Position numbers and translations under genes: made by a program
Assembly: GCF_006345805.1 (NCBI RefSeq)
Contig: NC_043000.1
Coordinates: forward strand, 106,640,001-106,704,000
Reading direction: 5' to 3'
Origin: Octopus sinensis
Lineage: Eukaryota
Length of the DNA stretch: 64,000 bases
Shown: positions 38,078 to 51,011 of the stretch, piece by piece
How the letters are laid out: each line of letters opens with the position of its first letter
Position numbering within the stretch: the first letter of the stretch is position 1
The notes under the pieces: model-generated
Seen by the model: the letters and a program-made list of their open reading frames with translations, nothing else
What the model was told of the DNA's origin: nothing
The model's database searches: none

Positions 38078-40790
38078 TAGTGGTTCTCAAAGTGGGTTCT
38101 GTGAGCCCCCTAATTTTTGATGTGTGTATAAGGTGCGCTTATATAGGAGCTTGCACTCAGTGTGCACGCCTAGACGTGACCTTAGTTACTGTTGGCGTCG
38201 GCTGCGGCTTGCCAGAGCAAATACCTCAGGCTGTTGATCAATGTGCTTATACGTGCGTACCTGGGTTTGAAGGTGAGTGATTGCATGTTAACTGTCCAAT
38301 AGTTTTGCAAGCCTATTAAAGTTGAAAACGTTAATTAAAACATTAATCGAGACATTCTGCTCAGGCTCATATTGCTCCTTGTATAGACCGTTTGAATTTG
38401 AAAGGAGCAATTTTACTGCATTATAAGTAAGGTTTTTTGAATATATGTGGCATAACACGAAATATAATATGGCAAAATCAATCGATAATGTTATTTTATT
38501 GACTTTCAAATACTTATTTCCATTGAATAGGGTTTTTTTTATCTTTGCCTGGATTTAGTTCCCGAGCAATAACAATACTACATTTAAAAGTTATCAGAAT
38601 TCAGTTTTTGGACTCTATATCTACGTTTTCTGTCCTCAATGTGGCAGTGATTTCTTTTCTCACAAATTTTTTCTGATTTTCGTTCTATTTTTTGTAGTTA
38701 TCAACTTCCTACCATTACTTCAAGAAGCTCTAATAAAAGGCCGTTTACACGCAATTACCAACAAGAGCTTTTACTACTTGCTTTTTTTGCCTTCAAGTGA
38801 TAACTCGGATAAGCCTCGATGTATTGAATGTGGGTTGATAATGACAAATGAATCCATGAAGAAATCGAAGATCCTTAGACATCAGTAAGTACAGCATCCT
38901 GGTTCCGTAGGCAAAGAACGCAATTATTTTGAGAAGAAAGCCGAGCAACGACAGAAGAACAAACCACAACCACATCAGTTGTTTACGAAAAGAGCAAATG
39001 AAAAAACCAAAAATATACTTAAAGTGAGCTGCTTGGTAAGCCAATTGATCGCGAAAGCGGGTAAGCCACATACAATTGGTGAAAGTTTAGTGAAACCAGC
39101 TATGCAAGTGAACTCCTTGGACAAAACGCCGTAACCGTCTTACAAAAAGTCCCCCTTTCGATGATACTGTCAAGCACAGACAAGATGAGATGGCAGAAAA
39201 CCTCGACTAACAACTGGTTGAGGCACTAAGACTCTCGAAGTTATCTTTCCAAATCGACGAGACAACCATTAGGAACTCCTCAGTGCTATTGGCGTATGTT
39301 CGATGTGTTGAGGAAAAAAGATGCTGGAAGAAATGCTCTTCATGAAGAGACTGCCGGATACAAAAAGTGAAACTATTTGAAGATATCTGTTCACAGATAT
39401 CTTCAACAGAAAGGAATTCCTCTGGAAAACCTTTTTCAAATCGCGACAGATGGTGCTTGTGCGATGACCGGCGAACACAATGGTTGCACAGCAAAATTCA
39501 AAGAAGTTGCTCCGCACTTGTCCATTCATTGAATCATTCATCAGGAACATCTAGCTGCAAAATTCCTCGGTGGCGATATGGAGATGGCATTACAGGTTGC
39601 TGTTTCAGCTTTCACGACTGAATTTTTCACAAACTATTTTTCACAAACTATGCGAGGTTCGATGGCTTTCCAAAGGTGATTCCCTTCTTCGTCTAACTGA
39701 AATGTAGAGCATGGTTCTTTCCTTTGTCAACCTTATGAAATCACAAGCCTGCACAAAGAAACAGATGACCTATTTTCAGCCATGAGTGAAGATGACACAA
39801 AGGCTAAAATTTTCTATTTGGTTGATCTGTTTTTGCATGTCAACCAACTGAATAAAACCTTTGGCAGCTGCACCTTCAGAAGAGGGGTTCATGTTCTTTG
39901 GCAACTTAGCAAAGGCCTCTTCTTCCTCCGTTGTCATTGCAAACTGTACAAATCATTTGGAAAGCTTAAGAGAAGGTATCAATCGATGGTTTAAGGATGT
40001 CATCGAAATAAAACCCACTAAGTGGATTTCTGATGATGCTCATTTTGATGTTTTAAGGGAGGGTAGCATCGATACTATCATTGCCGCAGATTTGGTCGAA
40101 CTTAAAGAAAACAATATTTTGATGGGGAGACCCCAAAAAGAAGGATTGATGGTATGGTTGGAAGTGAAATCTTCATTTCCCGTCCTCTTAAAAAGGTGGT
40201 GCCCTTTCTTTAATGGTTTTCTACAACGTGTTTGATTGAAGCTGGATTTTCTGCATCAAATCATATTCCCACAACTAAAAGAAATGTACGACAAATTGAA
40301 AAGAGAGGTGATTTACAACTTAAGCTGAACCACGATATGAAGATATGTAAGGGGTCCGGTAATTGGTCGGTGGATTGGATAAAGTTTGGGTTAGTGGTCG
40401 GTGGGCGTGATTAGGGTTCGTCACCTCTAAAAAGGTTATAATCACTTACAAGAACAAGTAAATAAGAGTCCAGATAAATTGGTATAAATAGGTACGTTGG
40501 ACTACGCGAAAGAGGGGTTAAATTTGTTTCAAATCCGGGCCACCTGCAAGCTTTTGTAAAAATTCGAAATTTCTATAAAAGAGATAAAAATTTAACTCTT
40601 TAGGGACAGAAGGATTTATGCAGTATGCCGGATTTGTACGTCTTTCTCTACATTAATCTTTTCAAGGCAACACAAAATTAGCAACTTATATTAAATCAAT
40701 AGTGCTAATTAGGTCTTCATTCCAGTGGGCCCCGGAATTATTGGGGGTATGAAAAGTGGGTCCCGGACACAAAAAGTTTGAGAACAGCGG
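38078..40790 (+). mobile_element. hAT (Buster/Charlie) DNA transposon, degraded, in gene B intron 1
   Basis: Termini tagtggttctcaaa / tttgagaacagcgg; 8-bp TSD GGTTATAT at 38070-38077 and 40791-40798 (central TA); transposase motifs KAGKPHTIGESLVKP, QIDETT, ATDGACAMTG and IIHQEHL. Confidence 0.9.
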
Positions 40791-41826
40791 GGTTATATGC
40801 AGAATGCATATAACCCACTTGGTAACATTGGTGTTGAAGATCTACAACCTCTTATGTAAATTTTCTATTCAATTTTGATAATGTCTCATTTATGAGAACA
40901 GACTCGTGTATTTGTCTTATCTATGGACCTCTTTGATTATTATTATATTCTGGTAGACTCCCATAGCGATTGAATGTTTAAAAACTAGTTTTATAGATAC
41001 TTCTTTCAAAATTCTTATTTTGTTTTTCTTACATTAACTTGTGTAGGTTGAACGATGTAAAATGTTATAGAAAGGAACCTCGCTATTTCTCGCAAAATAT
41101 GCCAATACATACATCTGAAACGAAGGATAGATTGTGATGATAAAGTCAGCTTCCATTTAAGATTTTATTTTTAAAAAAAGGTTAAACAAGTATTCGTAAT
41201 AGATATAAATTCACTTTAGATAAATGTGGATATTCTATACCGTAGATAGCATATAACATCTATTTTCAGTTTTGTGGAGTTAAAATATTTTTTGACAGCA
41301 TTCAGTGACTGTTCTTAATGCATCCAGTCTCATTGTATTTTTTTCGTAGTATTTTATTCTTCATGCCTTGAAGTGTTTGGGTCCAAAATAAATCTATGTA
41401 TATATGTAAAAGTCATGGCAGATCTAAGAAAAGGTTTATGATTTTTACATAAACTATATATTTAGTAGCCAACTGGGAAAGCATTCACAACGCAATATCA
41501 ATTCCCAATGAGATTTAACAGTAATAATGCATAAAACTTAAAAAAACCAACTTGAAATAATCATACTGGATCAGGGCAGTCCAGGTTTCAAAGACCAACA
41601 ACAAAAGTAATCCTATATGTGCTATACCTGAAACAAAAATATTCAGATTAATGATGGCTAGAATGGCTTTCAGCAAATGTAGGGCTACTGAACTGGGAGA
41701 GAGCAAAGTTTAACACACAGCAACATAAAAAGGAAATTTAAAAAACAAACTACAGCAGACGTTCATGATCTGAAAATATGATGAAAGTCAAGAGAAAGAA
41801 AGATTAAAAGATTCCATCTTACTTAC

Positions 41827-41839
41827 TAGAAAGTCTCAT
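41827..41839 (-). CDS. Gene B exon 1 (coding part, MRLS plus first base of I)
   Basis: ATG AGA CTT TCT A|GTAAGT; flanking intron and 5' sequence are homologous to gene A exon 1. Confidence 0.85.
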
Positions 41840-41900
41840 TGTTGTTGTTTAGTGGTAGATTATCGAGGATCAACTGTTGAAGTGTCCTACGTATCTCTTA

Positions 41901-41908
41901 TTTTTATA
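41901..41908 (-). promoter_or_regulatory. TATA box of gene B (TATAAAAA)
   Basis: Upstream of gene B exon 1, positionally equivalent to the gene A TATA box. Confidence 0.6.
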
Positions 41909-42231
41909 TGCGGGAATATATTCTTACTGCTATACATACTTGTGTGCATGTGTGTCTGAGTATGTATGTATGTATGTATGTATGTATGTATGAATGTATG
42001 TATGTATGTATTTATGTTTGTGCATGCATGCATCCAAGTATATATATGTATGTGTGTATGAATATATAAACGTACATATTAACACGCACACATAATTACT
42101 TATAAGCACTGTTCATAGTTTAACTACATCCTTCGATTGTGTTTTGTAGTAATCAGATTCTGCGGTTTTATCAAACATACATTCTTTCCCACGAATCCCG
42201 GTAAACAAACACGATTTTATCAATCAGAACC

Positions 42232-43928
42232 AGTGCTCCAGTACCGGAGAAGGAGGGAAGAAAGGACATTGACACAACAAACACCAGCACCAAAACAATG
42301 GAACTCCGTCGTAACAATTTCGCCTCAGCTGCGAAGCAGATCTCTGAGGAAATAAAAGTTACGATGGAGGAGATTAAAAATTCGAAGGTTTTGTTGAGAA
42401 AAGAGGGAAATAGTGTTTTCTTAAACACTCCCCAAGAGCTCATCAACGAAACAAAGAAAGACAATAATTTACAGAATTTTCGAAAGAAAACAAAAGAAAA
42501 ATCACAAATGCTACACCTCAACAACTCGAAATAGCTCTAAAGCCCATATGGGGGCAAAAGAGCTATGTGACAAAAGGCAAGCGGTATGGAACCGTGGAAG
42601 TGAGATTCCAACAGAGAAAGAGGCACGGAAGAATGCCATTTCGCCCTTGCAAACGGACAGTTTGTTACTCGTGCCAACGTATCTCGGTCAAAGAGTAATA
42701 AAAATCCGCATCGACCTTGTCCCGCCTGAACTCAATATTCCTTGGCTAGTGGCAGCTGTCCTCTATGACAAAGAGGACAACGCCACTATTCTCCAAGTCC
42801 ACAGGCATAGAGAAAAAAAACTGGTCAGGTATAGAAGTTCAACTGCTGGTACAAATCCAGCAGGAAAACATTAATGCCATACCTGACTCGGTAAATTTGC
42901 CGGACGGCACCAGGCTGCACGTTGCTGTGGAGGGGCGAAAGCCAAAATGTTACCTCTGCAGCAGCGAAAGCCACCTAAAAATGGACTGCCCCATTTACAA
43001 GAAAAGAATGGAGGCAGACGGCAAGAGGCAGCAGCAACAACAACAACAAAAGACAACAACAACAACAACAACAACAGAAACAACAAAAGCACGAAACACC
43101 AAAGGCTGCCACACCACCAACACCATCACCACCACCACGACGAACGACACCACCTCCAACAACCACAAAACCAACACCAACCCGAACACCAAGAAAGACA
43201 ACAAAAAAGGAAGAAAAATCACCGACACCGTCACCATCACCAACAGATACAGCAACACCACCGCTACCAGCAGAACCAACAATTTTTCGCCCTGCTGCTG
43301 AAGCGGACCCGACAACCATCCCCTTTCCGGATCAGGACAGCTCGGATTGTGCGAGCACTGATACCGAGAGAGGTGAATGGCACACAGTGCCTCCGAAGAA
43401 GAAGAGGAGGAAGAAGCAAAAAGACACACAGGGGAAGCACAAACAAATAGTGCTTCCCAACAACAACAACACGCACTCACAACAGCAAACAACAACACCT
43501 TCGACACCACTACTGCCACTTCCCCACACACCAACACACACAGACTCGATTACAGCCATAAACACAAAAAATGAAAAACTCGTTTCATATATAAAAGACA
43601 ACACAAGTACAAACATTACAGATTTTATAATACCTACACACAACACACCACCAGCACACATTCTCACCATTAAAATTAACCAAAAGACATACAGTGACAT
43701 AAAAGAGAAATTCCCTAACGACGTCGGATCGCTAGGGAGAAGTTTCTCTAAGAAACTTTATAAAAACATTGTGGAAACACCCGTGCAAAAGCACAAGGGA
43801 GCCACTCCTACCACCACCAACAACAGTAAGTAGAGCCTTTTTCTACTTTTTTTCTGTCACCTTTTGAAACATGGCAAACTTAGAATCGGTTGCTTGAATG
43901 TGAGAGGCCCTGGGTCACCTTGGAAACA
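42232..43928 (+). mobile_element. L1/Tx1-type LINE 5' portion: ORF1 with CCHC knuckle and the first codons of ORF2, 3'-truncated
   Basis: KCYLCSSESHLKMDC; ORF2 start MANLRIGCLNVRG at 43871. Confidence 0.8.
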
Positions 43929-44135
43929 ATAACAACAACAACAACAACAAATTATTAACTTATATGAAGGACTAATTTTGTCGTTAGTATCATGGTTGTA
44001 TCAAGGTATAGATAAAATTTCATTATTATTGTTGTAATGTATTACAGTATATGTCCATAAATTTATTAGTCAAAACTGTGTTACGATGAGTGTAAAGATC
44101 TTCACAATATGATCGTAGACAGATAGTTAGATCGA

Positions 44136-44174
<39 letters not shown>

Positions 44175-44325
44175 TAAGAGAGAGAGAAAGAGAGAGAGAG
44201 AAAGAGAGAGCGAGAAAGAGAGAGAGAGAAAGAGAGAGAGAGAAAGAGAGAGAGAGAAAGAGAGAGAGAGAAAGAGAGAGAGTAAGAGAGATAGAGATAG
44301 AGAGTAAGAGAGATAGAGAGAGAGA

Positions 44326-44374
<49 letters not shown>

Positions 44375-44461
44375 GGACATGTGTATTGGAATCTTCACCA
44401 GCAAACGCGTACCCTCTCTATCTGACAATTGTTTATAACCCACACAAATTAAATCAAGCAT
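43929..44461. repeat. Near-identical dispersed copy of gene B intron 2 segment 33343-33745
   Basis: Same unique sequence on both sides of a (GA)n tract; only a handful of substitutions plus a difference in microsatellite length. Confidence 0.9.
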
Positions 44462-44870
44462 ATTTTGATGAAAATTTTGATAAATTTTGACGAAAATTTT
44501 CAAAAAACTTTTCTAAAATTTTGATGCAAATTTTCAAAAAATTTTCCAATATTTTGATGAAAATTTTCAAAAAAACTTTTCAAAAATTTTGATGAAAATT
44601 TTCAAAAAACCTTTCTAATATTTTGATGAAAATTTAGAGAAAAATTTTCAAAACTTTTGATGAAAATTTTCAAAAATTTTTATTAAAACTTTGAAAAAAC
44701 CTTTTAAAAATTTTGATGGAAATTTTCAAAAAACTTCTTAAAAATTTTGATGATAATTTTCAAAAAGCTTTTCAAAAATTTTGATGGAAATTTCAGAAAC
44801 CTTTTCAAAAATCTTGATTGAAATTTTCAAAATCCTTCTCAAAAGTTTTGATGAAAATTTTCAGAAGAAT
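44461..44870. repeat. AT-rich satellite (ttttgatgaaaattttcaaaaa-like), inverted relative to 51350-55600
   Basis: Reverse complement of the Helitron-internal satellite unit. Confidence 0.85.
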
Positions 44871-45261
44871 TACTGGTATCCTTTATATATTACTATATTT
44901 TATATCTTGTATCTTATATGCAAAGAATAATATGCTATATGTATGTTATTATAATTATCAGTTTAATAAATAAATAAGTTAACATAATTTAATGTCTAAA
45001 TTTGATGTACCACCTATTTTTCTACTCCATTTTCTTATTTCCTATATAAATTAATGGTAAGATATCTCTTTACCTTCACCCATTTAGTACACTCAGTAAT
45101 GTAATTGCAATGCAATACAAAACACTTGTGTATTAATAATTGGGTATTCTACCGGCAGTATATTGGATAGATATTTTCCCTTAGTGAGTTGGATTCACAA
45201 CCTCTAACTTTGTGGTGCACCTGAGCACTGTATACAATAATTTCATTATATATATAATATA

Positions 45262-45320
<59 letters not shown>

Positions 45321-45959
45321 TGATATATACAGATTATGTATATTACTCATTACCCATAACTTTGCTGCTGGATAATGGCCTAGTCAAGATATAACGATAG
45401 CAGTCATTATAATACATGAAAACCCTTAAAAGCAACACTTGAGGCCACCCCAAAGTCCAATGGGGAAGTTAATAAATTCATACAATTTGTGACATTGTTC
45501 TGGTTTAATGAAAGAAAACAGAATTATGAAAAATTTTATATTTATTTATAAATGTTTTTATTTATTTTACCATATTCTGACCCATCAGTCATTAGTGGGC
45601 TTAGTGTGAAAATTTCTTTAGTCTAGTTCTTCGGCATAATCACAGTTGCCCTCCAGTTTCGTCTTGTGAAAGTTTTGTCTTGTGACAGTTAGTAACAGGA
45701 TACTAAGACATTCTATAGGACAATATACAGGCAGATGGTAGACTGAAACTTAATGCAATGTACGCATTTTAGTGCTTAGTTTGATATGTTACAAAAACTC
45801 CAATTTGAACTGCAGTTGAATGTGTGATGTTGAGACTGCCTTTCTGGAGTGGCTAGAAGTAGCTTCTCCATGAGCAGATAGGTATAGATTAAAATAGAAA
45901 TGAAGAGGCAAATCGTTTTGCAAGACTCAACAGAGATATCAAATTTAGATGTAATCTTT

Positions 45960-46320
45960 TATTCTTTTACTTGTTTCAGTCATTTGACTGTGGCTATGCT
46001 GGAGCACCACCTTAAGGGGTTTTAGTCGAACGAATCGACCACAAAACTTATTCTTTATAAGCCTAGTACTTATTCTATCGGTCTCTTTTGCCAAACCAAT
46101 TAGTTACGGGGACGTAAGCACACCAACATCAATTGTCAAGTGATATTGATGGGGACAAACACAGACACAAACACACAAATATATATATATACGACGGACT
46201 TCTTTCATCTACCAAATTTACTGAAAAGGCTTTGGTTGGCCAGAGGCTATGGTAGAAGACATTTGCCCAAAGTGCCATGTTGTGGGATTGAACTTGGCAC
46301 CATGTAGTTGGGAAGCTACC
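45960..46320 (-). mobile_element. tRNA-derived SINE family 3 (CORE-like: ggcaagtgtcttctactatagcc...ggatttggtagacggaaactgaaag)
   Basis: Matches copies at 63790-64000 (+), 20455-20645 (-, tail), 47700-47930 (+, tail) and the heads inside the 1.1-kb tandem units. Confidence 0.8.
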
Positions 46321-47571
46321 TTTTCTATTATATGTAAAATTAAATGTCTTTGTCAATTCTTGCCAAACAGTGAGCCTTTCCATTTCTATTTTACTTTTTA
46401 TATATACCGCAAGGCGGTGAGCTGACAGAAACATTAGCACGTCGGGCGAAATGATTAGTGGTATTTCATCTGTCTTCACGGTCAGAGTTCAAATTCTGCT
46501 GTGGTCAACTTTGTCTTTCATATTTCGGGGTCGATAGATTAAGTACCAGTTGCGTACTGGGGTCGATCCAATCGAGTAGCCCCTTCCCCAAACATTTCCG
46601 GCCTTGTGCCTAGAGTAGAAAAGAATATATGTATACGTAACAGCTTCTAAAGACTCTCATGCCATCGAATAATTCCGAAGCGTTACAGAGTTACTTCCCC
46701 TGAACTTACAAAGCTTATTTAAGAGTTGTTTCCCTTATATTATGAAGCTAATGTTTTCTGAGTTATCGCCTTTGAATATGACTCAAAATTTTGCGATGGA
46801 TTCAGAATTGCTAGCTCATTATATAAGGTTCTAATTATACATAAATAGTTCTAATTATATATAAATAGTTAATATTTCGTTGTGATTCGATGAATTGGTT
46901 TCTAGCAGAGCCACGGTTGTAAACTGTTGTAGCTTTGTCAAGAAATGACTATTTCACAGTGTTATGACTCCGTATTTAATTTAGGTTTTATAACGTTTGT
47001 GATTTCTTGCTTTTTTTTAAGATGAAGATTTACATAAATATACTACAAACACACCCTTCCACACACACACGCCAAATAACGCAATACTGAAGCGCACATA
47101 CGCAAATAAACAGTGAACTGTGCTAGAAATTTGCCCGAAAAAATTTAGACATACACATCTAATCTATCGCTTCGTTTTCGGTTTTCCTTTTGAATGAGAT
47201 TTCTACAAAATGTGATATTTATAGGCAACCTTTGTTCTATTATAAAATGTCAACATAGCTTGATTTTCTGTCTTCCACAGGGGTATCGCATACTATTCGG
47301 TTGAATGTGTCTTACTCCTTGTAGTTACGTAAGACGAATATTTATTCATAGTTTAACTTATGCTTATGAAACTCTAAGGATTTTAAAATGCGAATTAATT
47401 TCATGAAAAACTATCATATGTCCTTTAAATTTCCCACATGTCTAGTCACCATCAAAAAATATAATATATATATAGTAGCCACTATTTTTGAAATAAATCA
47501 AATGATAAACAATATACATATAGTAGCTACTATGTATATCATTTGATTAATTTAAAAAATAGTGGCTACTA

Positions 47572-47650
<79 letters not shown>

Positions 47651-48564
47651 GTGTGTGTGAAATTAATATGTGACAGTTATTCGGTAGCCATGATAAAACT
47701 CCGAGTTTCGGATGTCGGGGCGGAAACCCACGCTGCCATCTCTTGACAATTGATGTTGATTGCCTTGAGTCGCAGTAACTTAACAGTTTGGCAAAAGGCA
47801 CCGATAAGATGAGCAACAGACTTATAACATATGTACGGTGACGTGGGGGGGGGGATTTGATCGTCTAAACACTTTAGGTCGGTACTCCATCATCGTTGCA
47901 ATTCAAGGATTAAAACAAGTAAAAGATAAAAGAAAAAAACGACAAAAGCCGTGATCTTGAGCCTGGAACCATAATGAACGAGGCGCCGCGCTTATCAAAA
48001 ATTAGTCTGAGGGTGAAGTTGAGATCGTTCCGAAATATTAATGGGATGATGGATTTGTGAAAGCTTATGTTTCTGGGGAAAAAAAACAGAAGCTTAGACA
48101 ATGCTTTTACCACTTTGTCGGTCGCTATAGCAGGTTGCATTGCACAATGACTGGTACTGTTTTGACTACAAGTTTTGTGTCAGAGTATCTTTTTCCTAAA
48201 AGGGTTGCCTTCGCCACGGCTTTGTTGAAAACAACAAGAACCTCGTCTACCTCCTGAGAAATCTAGTTAACCCATGGATGTTTTGGGTTTGTGTGGAGTG
48301 TGGAGTCGCCCCTTAATTACAATACATACTCAAATACATACATGCTTACATAGTACGTACGCACATACCTACCAAACTACCTATATATCTACCTACTTAC
48401 CTACTTATATGCATACGTACGTACATACATACATACATACATACACACATACATACATACATACATACATGCATGCATGCATACACAAATTCACTGACAC
48501 TCATATATACGTGTTTATACATGCGAATCTATCTATCTATCGATCTATCTACCCCCGTCTCGCT

Positions 48565-48633
<69 letters not shown>

Positions 48634-48749
48634 CAGTAAACCTTTACTATAGCTCGTATATTACTGCAATTTTCAGTAAATATTGGTGCATTGTTGTACT
48701 ATTTTCCTATATGTATGTATGTATATATATACATACATAGATACATACA

Positions 48750-48781
<32 letters not shown>

Positions 48782-48937
48782 CACAATACATTTGTGCAAG
48801 TATACATGTGTGTGTGCATCCGTGCGTGCGCGCGTATGCTCGTATACGTACACGTACAAGCACACACACGCATGACTCAGATAGACAAACCAGTTTACTT
48901 ATTGCAATTTAATAGAAGCAAAGGAAAAGCTGGAAGC

Positions 48938-49005
<68 letters not shown>

Positions 49006-49197
49006 CTTAGGAAAACGTAATGTGTTTCGATAAATAAAATATTTGTGTTGCTAACATAATAAATCACCTAACATTGAAACAAGAAAAGAAAATACCTAAG
49101 GTAAATATCTATATAAAATATTCGTATGCCCTATTTACCTGGAAGAAAATCTATATAGAATGTTTATCGAACATGTAGGCATTATTATTACAGCTAT

Positions 49198-49820
49198 AAA
49201 GGTGGCGAGATGGCAGAATCATGAGCACCCCGGGAAAAATGTTTAGTGGCATTTTGTCCGTCTTTACGTTCTGAGTTCAAATTCCGCCGAGGTCGACTTT
49301 ACCTTCCATCCTTTCGGGGGTCGATAAATTTAATACCAGTTGAGTACTGTCTCCCCCACCCCAAATTTCAGGCCTTGTGCCTATAATAGAAAGGATTATT
49401 ATTACAGCTATAAAATTGGCTTAGCGACATTTCAAGCGTCTTTTTATTGTAAGTTCAAATTCCGCTGCGGTCGACTTTGCCTTTCATCCTGTCGGGGTCG
49501 ATAAAATAAGTTCCAGTTTAACCTTGGGGGCTGATGTAATCGACTTACTGACGACGACAAAATTACTGGCCTTGCATCAAAATTTAAAGCCATTATTACA
49601 GTTGTGATTAAGGTGGTGAGTTGGTCGAATCGTTAGCAGGCCGGACAAAAATGGTTTGCGGTATTTCACCCCTCTTTACGTTTTGGGTTCAAATTCCGTC
49701 GATCTCGACCTTATCTTTCATCCTTTCAGGTCATTAAAATAAGTACCAGTTGAGTACTGGGTTGATCTAATCGATCTATCCGTCCTCCGAAATCGTTGGC
49801 CTTGTGATAATACTTGAAAG
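49198..49820 (+). mobile_element. Cluster of three SINE family 1 copies
   Basis: Three successive head/core matches. Confidence 0.8.
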
Positions 49821-49859
49821 CAATTTATTTATTTCTGTGAGAAATTGTTAGTGAAGAAC

Positions 49860-50415
49860 AGGACCCCGGATTGACAGAATGTAACCTCATAGCCCTAAAT
49901 AATCTTTATTGGTGAGTGTACAACTTTCTAAGTACCACTCACAAAATTTCATTCTTCTGTCCGGACCATCTTCATTTAGAGTATGTACTATTCTTGTTTC
50001 AAAATGTGATGGGCGATTGATTGTGAAATTCCATTCTTACGATTCGCTTCTCGCATAAACTTTCTCGAATATTTGCAATACTTTTCAAATGCTCTTTCTT
50101 GCTTTGCGGGGCTATTCGATGTCCACGATTTTCCAGGACGTTTCTTATAGACATTCTGAACGGCTCCGTCTGCATCAAGCTTATCTCTCATCTCAGTGAT
50201 ACGCATAGGTTGATCTGTTTGAAACTCCCTCCCAAGTTGTATTTGCACTCAACTTTTTCAAACTTTCATTAACATCTGAGAATAAATTTCTTTTGTTCAA
50301 AATTTACTCTGGCTCCCTTCGTTATTTCTAATCGTTTAAATTTGAAAAGAAATAAAAATTAAGTGAATTATTCAGCTGTTAAAGTGTGCATACATTTCTG
50401 GGAACACCATTTGTA
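49860..50415 (-). mobile_element. Tc1/mariner-like transposon 5' remnant (HTH region)
   Basis: ORF 49988-50248 (KLDADGAVQN...[12 protein letters not shown]) resembles the N-terminal DNA-binding region of a mariner-type transposase. Confidence 0.5.
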
Positions 50416-50503
50416 TGTGTGTGTGTGTGTGTGTGTATGTATATGTGTACATACGTATATGTATGTATATGTGTCTACGTACGTATATGTATATATATGT
50501 ATG

Positions 50504-50655
<152 letters not shown>

Positions 50656-50766
50656 TATATATATATAAAGTTAATCCAAACATGAAAACACAAAGAGAAA
50701 CCACAACATGGAACATGGAACAAATATAGTGTTATTGGACGCCCAGGAAGGAAGGGAAGAAGGAGG

Positions 50767-50801
50767 GTTTAACGTTTCGAGCGGAGCTCTTCGTCAGAAA
50801 C
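50767..50801 (-). ncRNA. Minimal type I hammerhead ribozyme motif
   Basis: gttt CTGACGA a GAGC-tcc-GCTC GAAA CG TT aaac. Confidence 0.7.
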
Positions 50802-51011
50802 ATAGGAAAAGGAAAGATCCAGAGAAGGGAAGACGGAGGAAAAAACTCGCCAAAAACACGCGGTCACATTTTGAACAGGTCGCGGTCTCAAAGCGACGAA
50901 AATATTTGGACAAATTAAATTTAAATGTTGAAGTGAATCTAACGGTTTTTGTGTGTTTCTTAAATGGCTTATAAACACCTTCCACGCTGCAATTATATAT
51001 ATATATATATA

